From Pseudomonadota bacterium (GTDB taxonomy: Bacteria > Bdellovibrionota_B > Oligoflexia > Silvanigrellales > Silvanigrellaceae): a stretch of DNA of 64,000 nucleotides. The notes below the pieces were generated by a model that was not told where the DNA came from, ran no database searches, and saw nothing but the letters and a program-made list of their open reading frames with translations. Location: assembly GCA_039799905.1 (NCBI GenBank), contig JBDLRP010000019.1, forward strand, positions 1 to 64,000. Reading direction: 5' to 3'. A program made the translations under genes and the position numbers. This document shows, piece after piece, positions 59,160-64,000 of this stretch (the first letter of the stretch is position 1; every line of letters begins with the position of its first letter).

Positions 59160-59375
59160 ATGCCGCAGTCTCTTCATGATTCGCTGACCAACCTCCGCCG
59201 CGCAAACGCGTCTTTGCATGCGTCACTCGATTTCACCCCGCGTGACCGCAACCTCACAGTGCACACCTATGACGAAGCTTTCGCATTGCAAATGGCTGAG
59301 CGTATCGAGAAACAGTATACAGCTCTTTTTGACGTGTTTCTTTCCCGTCTTGAGCAGGAAGTCGCTACCACATGA
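59160..59375 (+). pseudogene. Internally deleted HEPN (HI0074-type nucleotidyltransferase substrate-binding) toxin, 71 aa
   Basis: The N-terminal helix is joined directly to DRNLTVHTYDE (RX4HXY). The family's central IQRFE..FELAWK...SPR region is absent. Confidence 0.6.
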
Positions 59376-59668
59376 TGTGTGGTTCTGGGGAAGAAGGCGA
59401 GGTGTTGGCCTGGTTCGTTGAACAGGCGCGTGCGCTTGTGGGTGTCAGGCGGGTTGTGCTGTTTGGCTCGCGTGCGCGTGGCGATGCAGGAGAGCGCTCC
59501 GATTTTGATATCGCAATAGAGACCGAGCATCCGGAGCGCATACAGTTGCTGCGGGCGGCGGTGGATGAAAATCCGTTGACTCTGGTTGCATTCGATATTG
59601 TTGATTTGACTGCCGTGTCTCAAGAGTTTCGAAACCGGATTCTGAGCGAGGGGCGCGATCTTTTGTAA
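59372..59668 (+). CDS. Minimal nucleotidyltransferase (MNT) antitoxin
   Basis: LFGSRARGDAGERSDFDIA (GSX10DXD), FDIVDL and ILSEG. ATGA overlap with the HEPN ORF. Confidence 0.9.
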   Translation: MMCGSGEEGEVLAWFVEQARALVGVRRVVLFGSRARGDAGERSDFDIAIETEHPERIQLLRAAVDENPLTLVAFDIVDLTAVSQEFRNRILSEGRDLL

Positions 59669-59782
59669 TGCGTCATGCGTGTTTATTTTCTGTGGGCACG
59701 TATTTGGACGACAAAATCTTTGAAATCCGACAAATGGTTTTGGTGAGCGGCCCGCAATTAAAAGTGCCAAAGTCAAACATCA

Positions 59783-60508
59783 TCAACTTTTTGTGTAGTT
59801 CTTGCCACCAATCGACATCTTGCAGTCCGACAGCGAGTAATTCTCGGTATAGGGGCCTTTCGGCGGATTCACGGGGTTGTCATAATCGGATCCGCCGGAA
59901 CCGGTGACCGCAGCGCGCGTGATAAAGTAGGTGATCGATGAGCCGTTGTTTGTGTAGTTAAGATAACTGATCTGCTGCGCACCCGCTGTGTCGGATGATT
60001 TGGTTCTGATGATTGCCGTTGTTTCGGTAAATTCCCAGGAGTGAAATCCGTCGGCGGACAGCCATTTTCCCACCAGCGAACTGCATCCCGAGGAGCCTCC
60101 TCCGGAGGTTGATTTCGTTCCTGTCACGGTGCCCTTTGTTTGCTGTCCGGTTGAATCTGCAAGCCAAAAAGTGCCCGACATTCCATTTGGGTCTTCAACT
60201 GCGTAAATCCAGCCGTCGGAATATTTTTTCCCGTTCTGGAATTGAAGGTTCACCTGCCATGCGGCGCTGCTGCCGCCGGCACTGCCCGTCAGTGTGAACG
60301 TATCATCCAAGACCTGCGCAGTGCCCTGTGCGTTGCCGAACTTGTCGTTGATTGTGATGGAGAATTGTCCGGTGGCAGCAGCCGCCGGCGCGAGCGTTCC
60401 GCTGATCGAGTAGGGAGTGAAGTCTGAATTTTCCTCATCACCGTCGCACGAAAAAAGCAGAGCGCTCAGCGAAATCGAAATGAGGGTGTTTTTGAGTCCG
60501 GATTTCAT
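59783..60508 (-). CDS. Hypothetical two-domain beta-rich lipoprotein
   Basis: Lipobox LFSC, Gly/Ser/Thr-rich sequence and a C-terminal LVGKW lipocalin-like module. Confidence 0.7.
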   Translation of the reverse strand: MKSGLKNTLISISLSALLFSCDGDEENSDFTPYSISGTLAPAAAATGQFSITINDKFGNAQGTAQVLDDTFTLTGSAGGSSAAWQVNLQFQNGKKYSDGWIYAVEDPNGMSGTFWLADSTGQQTKGTVTGTKSTSGGGSSGCSSLVGKWLSADGFHSWEFTETTAIIRTKSSDTAGAQQISYLNYTNNGSSITYFITRAAVTGSGGSDYDNPVNPPKGPYTENYSLSDCKMSIGGKNYTKS

Positions 60509-60665
60509 GTTTCCCTGCACTTTATGGTGATGAGCAGTCGGTTGTTCGCTGCGGTGTTCAAAGCTTAAACAGCATTACAGGTCATTCTAAGTTGAATGCG
60601 CCGGCCGACAACCCACTATGGCACTAATTTGTCGTGTCTTTTTTGTTACTGCGAGCAGCAGCTGT

Positions 60666-60682
60666 CTGGCATCAATCTTGCA
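60666..60682 (+). promoter_or_regulatory. Putative sigma54 promoter
   Basis: CTGGCATCAATCTTGCA is near-consensus GG-N10-GC, about 57 bp upstream of the TTG at 60740. Confidence 0.7.
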
Positions 60683-60739
60683 GCGCACATCGAATTCGGT
60701 GTTGGAACAGGGTTTTCCAATTTGCTGGGGGATAGAGTT

Positions 60740-61879
60740 TTGAGCAGTGAAATTTCGCCTCAGTTTGCGGGAAAAAATCTTCATCGTTCGCTGCGTTTTC
60801 TGACCGCGGCCCTTGCTGCGATGTCGACAGCCTTTGTGAGCTGCACACCAGCGGTTTCTTGGTGGAACCGACAAACGCTGACGAAGTCCGCACAGCCCCA
60901 GTCTGAGCAAGCGCTTGTGAGCAATGCATTTGCCTATGCCCGATATGTGGCCGTCAATCTCGGTGGTTCAACCGAGGGGGGCGGCTGGAGCGACGAGTCG
61001 ATTCGCCACTCCTTGAAAAAGAGTGCAGCAAACTCTGGTCTTTCGCCGTCCGACACGCTGAAGTTTTTTTCCATACAACCGTCTTCCTCTGCACAGGGGG
61101 CTACCGCTCAGCGCATCGACGAGTTCACTGCCCAGCACAGGGCCTGCAGCGAGTCGGCATCGGGCAACCCACGCAACTGCTGCGAAGCGTTGGCGTGGCC
61201 CATGGCTGTCTTGCCCGAATGGAGTCAGATGCCCGAAGAGCAGCGTGCACGACTGAGCCAAAGCGTTCAGAAGGGCTCCGCCGGAGGGCCGTCTTTAAGT
61301 ATATTCGACAGTTGGGACGACACTCGGTCGGCCGACGCAGCCTTCCGTGCACAAGGGCTCAAGGCATGGCTTTCGGTTTGTCATGCTGTGGTTACGGAAC
61401 AACCCGAAACAATACACCAGTTTAAGGAATCTGCGTGGTACAAAGATGGTCAATCGGAAGGTCAATGGACGAAGGTCTTGCACGCCAAATCACGCGCGAA
61501 ACGTATGCCCAGAAGAATCTACAAGCGTTCCGATGGTGTCGTTTCGCTCGCTGAAACTCTTAAGCCGAGCGATTGCAGCGTGCTTGAAAGTGAAATCATC
61601 ATCCGCAGGCCCGACGGCTCCTTAAACTTTTGGGTATACGACTCCCAGGGGCGACGAGTTGCGACGAGCCACTTTCCGCCCGCGGGCCCGAGCAGCGGCC
61701 TTGCCGTGAGGACAATCGAAAAGCCCTCTCCGGACAGTTGCATGGGCTGCCATTATGACCTTAAAACCCGTGAATTCAACGTGATGTTCCCGTCGGCCGA
61801 GGTTTTGAATCTTGCCCCGACGAGCTCACTTCCCGTGTTATGCCAAGAGCCCGATGACGAGCTGGCCGAGGATAACTGA
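60740..61879 (+). CDS. Hypothetical monoheme c-type lipoprotein
   Basis: Possible lipobox FVSC and a C-terminal SCMGCH. Start placed downstream of the sigma54 motif (the ORF track starts at 60596). Confidence 0.6.
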   Translation: MSSEISPQFAGKNLHRSLRFLTAALAAMSTAFVSCTPAVSWWNRQTLTKSAQPQSEQALVSNAFAYARYVAVNLGGSTEGGGWSDESIRHSLKKSAANSGLSPSDTLKFFSIQPSSSAQGATAQRIDEFTAQHRACSESASGNPRNCCEALAWPMAVLPEWSQMPEEQRARLSQSVQKGSAGGPSLSIFDSWDDTRSADAAFRAQGLKAWLSVCHAVVTEQPETIHQFKESAWYKDGQSEGQWTKVLHAKSRAKRMPRRIYKRSDGVVSLAETLKPSDCSVLESEIIIRRPDGSLNFWVYDSQGRRVATSHFPPAGPSSGLAVRTIEKPSPDSCMGCHYDLKTREFNVMFPSAEVLNLAPTSSLPVLCQEPDDELAEDN

Positions 61880-62050
61880 CCATCCGAATGGGGTGAGGCT
61901 GCATTAATCGTAAAGGACCGATTTTTTAGCCCTGAGGGTTCGGCCAACCAGCCGAAAATCCGAAGAGAAAATCTCTCGACAAAATAATATTTGTGTTTTA
62001 CCGCCAACCCTCCGGAATCGATGTTCCGTATGGCAAGAGGATTGGTGTTC

Positions 62051-64000
62051 ATGCGCTCAGGATTGAAGTTTTTTGTTTGCACGATTGCGACATTTTTACT
62101 TCCCGCTTGTTCGCAACAAACGGATGTCGCGGTAGCCCGCTTCAGTTCAGAAATTGCCTCCGTCACGGCCCAGCCGGCCAAGAAGACTGCGTGTGTCAGT
62201 TTTCAGGGTAATGGCGTTTATTTTTCTTCACATGTTGGTGCCCTGATTGCACTTCTTGAAAGTAATTACGAACCGGTGTTTGCGACAGGCGGGTCGAGCG
62301 GGGCAATTCTTGCAAGTGTTTCTCGCGCATTGGTTGAGAATCCCTCACTTGCAGGCCGCTCGGGATTCAACCCACAGGACGCAGCGCGCGTTTTGTCGGC
62401 CAGCGCTCCAATCATCGAGTCTGTATTGTTTCTTCCGCGTTTCACAACTCCTTTGATGCTGCTCGATTCACTGGATGTCTTCCTGACCGGGTCAAGTTTG
62501 GGCGTTCTGCGTTCCGATCCCACGGACGGTTTGGTAAATGCCGAATCGATTGTCGGACAGGCGTCGTTGGTCATTGATTTTTACCGCACCGCGGATTTCT
62601 CCATCGCAATTCGGAAAAACTCAGTCGCCGAGCGCGAAAAAGCAATTGCGCAGATTTGGAAAAACTTCGCCAACACCATCGACGTCACTCCTGAGCAAGT
62701 TGCCGATGCAATTCTGCAGAGCCGCGAGACTCTTCAGGCCGGTGGTCACACGCATCTGGTGATGATTCAAGACCGTTTTTTCAAGCTCTATCGCAGCAAA
62801 AAAGACACGTTTCACACAAACTACAAAACACAGCAGGAATCGTGGAATCGTTTGATTGGTGGAAACGCCAAGACGTTCGGACTCGACTCCAGAGAGCGCC
62901 GGCAGGGTTTGTTTAAAAAGCTTATCGAGCGCATCAAAACGCTTGAAAGCTTCGATGCACTGGCTGCCACACTTTCCGGACAGTTCATGCTTGCCGATCC
63001 GGACCGCGTTTATCGCGCATTCGAAGGCTTCGATTCGCGCACAAACAATCGCATTGAGATTCCCTCCAACACAATCATCCACAGTACCGCACGGCGTGCA
63101 AAGAAGTCTGATGGTGAGTGGAAGGAAGCTCAAGGCATAAATAATTTGCATCAGGTGTATTTCACCAATCCCGCACAGAGCGGCGCGGTTGCTGATGTTC
63201 TCACCCGTCCTGAAAACAATCCCCTGCAGCCACACGACCGCTCTGCCCAGCCGGTGATTCCGAGTTCTCGAATTGTGGTGACAGGACAAACTCTGGGACC
63301 AACTCTGGCTGCAACAACCGGCGAACCGACTGCGTTTTTGCGTTTCCCGCTGCAGCTTGATGTGCCTGCTCGGCTTCGGCTCGGCTGGACCAACGTAAAC
63401 GAGGAATTGTTTGGTTACGGCGGTTGGCTTGAAAAAGTCTCGCTCGGCACGGGCCGGCAATTCGAAACCTGTGATTCACGCAATGTGGATGTCTATTTTT
63501 ACACGTCAGACGGCGACGGTGTGAATCGTTTTGCCAAAATGGCTTTGCTTGGACTGTTTTTGGATGCGCCGATGCGCGGACTTCTCGCCCGTCAGATTGA
63601 GAATCCGACAGACATCAAGGCTCTTCTCGGCGGAAACAGCACACACAACGGCTTCGCCGAAGATGACATTCAGGCGGATTTTGATGCAACCGTCGGGGCT
63701 GCCGACAGTATTTTTTCCGACAACCGCAACGCACGCGGCCGCGTCGGGCACATTCCTGTCAACTTTAATTACGTGAATCCGTCTGAAGTGAAGGGTGCTC
63801 TTGCTGAGCAGGCAAACGTTGCCATCCGTTCAAATCGTCGGGCCATGATTCTTGCTGCCTACGAGTTTTCTCGGCGTTTGATGTCCGAAAAGGGACTCTC
63901 GCGCACCTCGCTCGACTTATGGAATATTTCTGGCGACGACATCAGCATTCTTCCGCAAGGGAATCCCGAAGATATTCTGGCAACCGTAAATGCGGCATAC
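62051..64000 (+). CDS. Patatin-like phospholipase-domain lipoprotein (3' truncated by the window edge; absent from the ORF track)
   Basis: Manual translation is open from the ATG at 62051 to the window end: MRSGLKFFVCTIATFLLPAC...CVSFQGNGVYFSSHVGALIALLE...ATGGSSGAILA (GxSxG). Confidence 0.75.
   Translation, partial: MRSGLKFFVCTIATFLLPACSQQTDVAVARFSSEIASVTAQPAKKTACVSFQGNGVYFSSHVGALIALLESNYEPVFATGGSSGAILASVSRALVENPSLAGRSGFNPQDAARVLSASAPIIESVLFLPRFTTPLMLLDSLDVFLTGSSLGVLRSDPTDGLVNAESIVGQASLVIDFYRTADFSIAIRKNSVAEREKAIAQIWKNFANTIDVTPEQVADAILQSRETLQAGGHTHLVMIQDRFFKLYRSKKDTFHTNYKTQQESWNRLIGGNAKTFGLDSRERRQGLFKKLIERIKTLESFDALAATLSGQFMLADPDRVYRAFEGFDSRTNNRIEIPSNTIIHSTARRAKKSDGEWKEAQGINNLHQVYFTNPAQSGAVADVLTRPENNPLQPHDRSAQPVIPSSRIVVTGQTLGPTLAATTGEPTAFLRFPLQLDVPARLRLGWTNVNEELFGYGGWLEKVSLGTGRQFETCDSRNVDVYFYTSDGDGVNRFAKMALLGLFLDAPMRGLLARQIENPTDIKALLGGNSTHNGFAEDDIQADFDATVGAADSIFSDNRNARGRVGHIPVNFNYVNPSEVKGALAEQANVAIRSNRRAMILAAYEFSRRLMSEKGLSRTSLDLWNISGDDISILPQGNPEDILATVNAAY

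Noticed and set aside
60587..60611. Possible sigma28 motif CTAAGTTG...GCCGACAA
   Set aside because: The spacer is only 9 nt, and the near-consensus sigma54 motif downstream explains the gene better.
62029..62048. Possible sigma54 site TGGCAAGAGGATTGG before the patatin-like gene
   Set aside because: The -12 element is GG rather than GC, and the motif overlaps the ribosome-binding site.
1..64000. CRISPR array, IS elements, prophage, integron cassettes, retron or RT systems
   Set aside because: No regularly spaced repeats and no transposase, integrase, RT or phage structural motifs seen. The only tandem repeats are in-frame low-complexity linkers.

Overview
Gene-dense bacterial chromosomal window with about 47 CDSs and one tRNA-Ala(GGC). 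I saw no prophage, IS element, integron, CRISPR array or rRNA. The many orphan lipoproteins, small c-type cytochromes, a 7TM-DISM/PP2C sensor, a TPR-wHTH regulator and FliA-like promoters suggest a Bdellovibrionota/Oligoflexia-like organism; this is inference and is not verified. Recognisable genes are radA, an RlmD/TrmA-family methyltransferase, a WcaJ-like phosphoglycosyl transferase with a GT4, an NFACT/RqcH-like protein, a TolC-MFP-RND efflux operon, amt, LysR, a DEDDh exonuclease and a GH38-DUF4434-AGE epimerase-SSS sugar operon. The most notable observations are: (i) an envelope cluster of beta-barrels, a lipoprotein, a Cys-rich diheme protein and a Tat-exported DUF1501 enzyme; (ii) two distant lipoproteins that share an apparently uncharacterised heme-c domain; (iii) a eukaryote-ABCC/MRP-like transporter encoded as two halves separated by an oppositely oriented cytochrome gene; (iv) an internally deleted HEPN toxin beside an intact MNT antitoxin; (v) orphan exported proteins apparently split between sigma28-type and sigma54-type promoters; (vi) a secreted clan-CD-like peptidase divergent from a TPR/double-wHTH regulator across a perfect palindrome; (vii) a patatin-like lipoprotein missing from the ORF track. 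All calls come from motif reading by eye; no searches were run.
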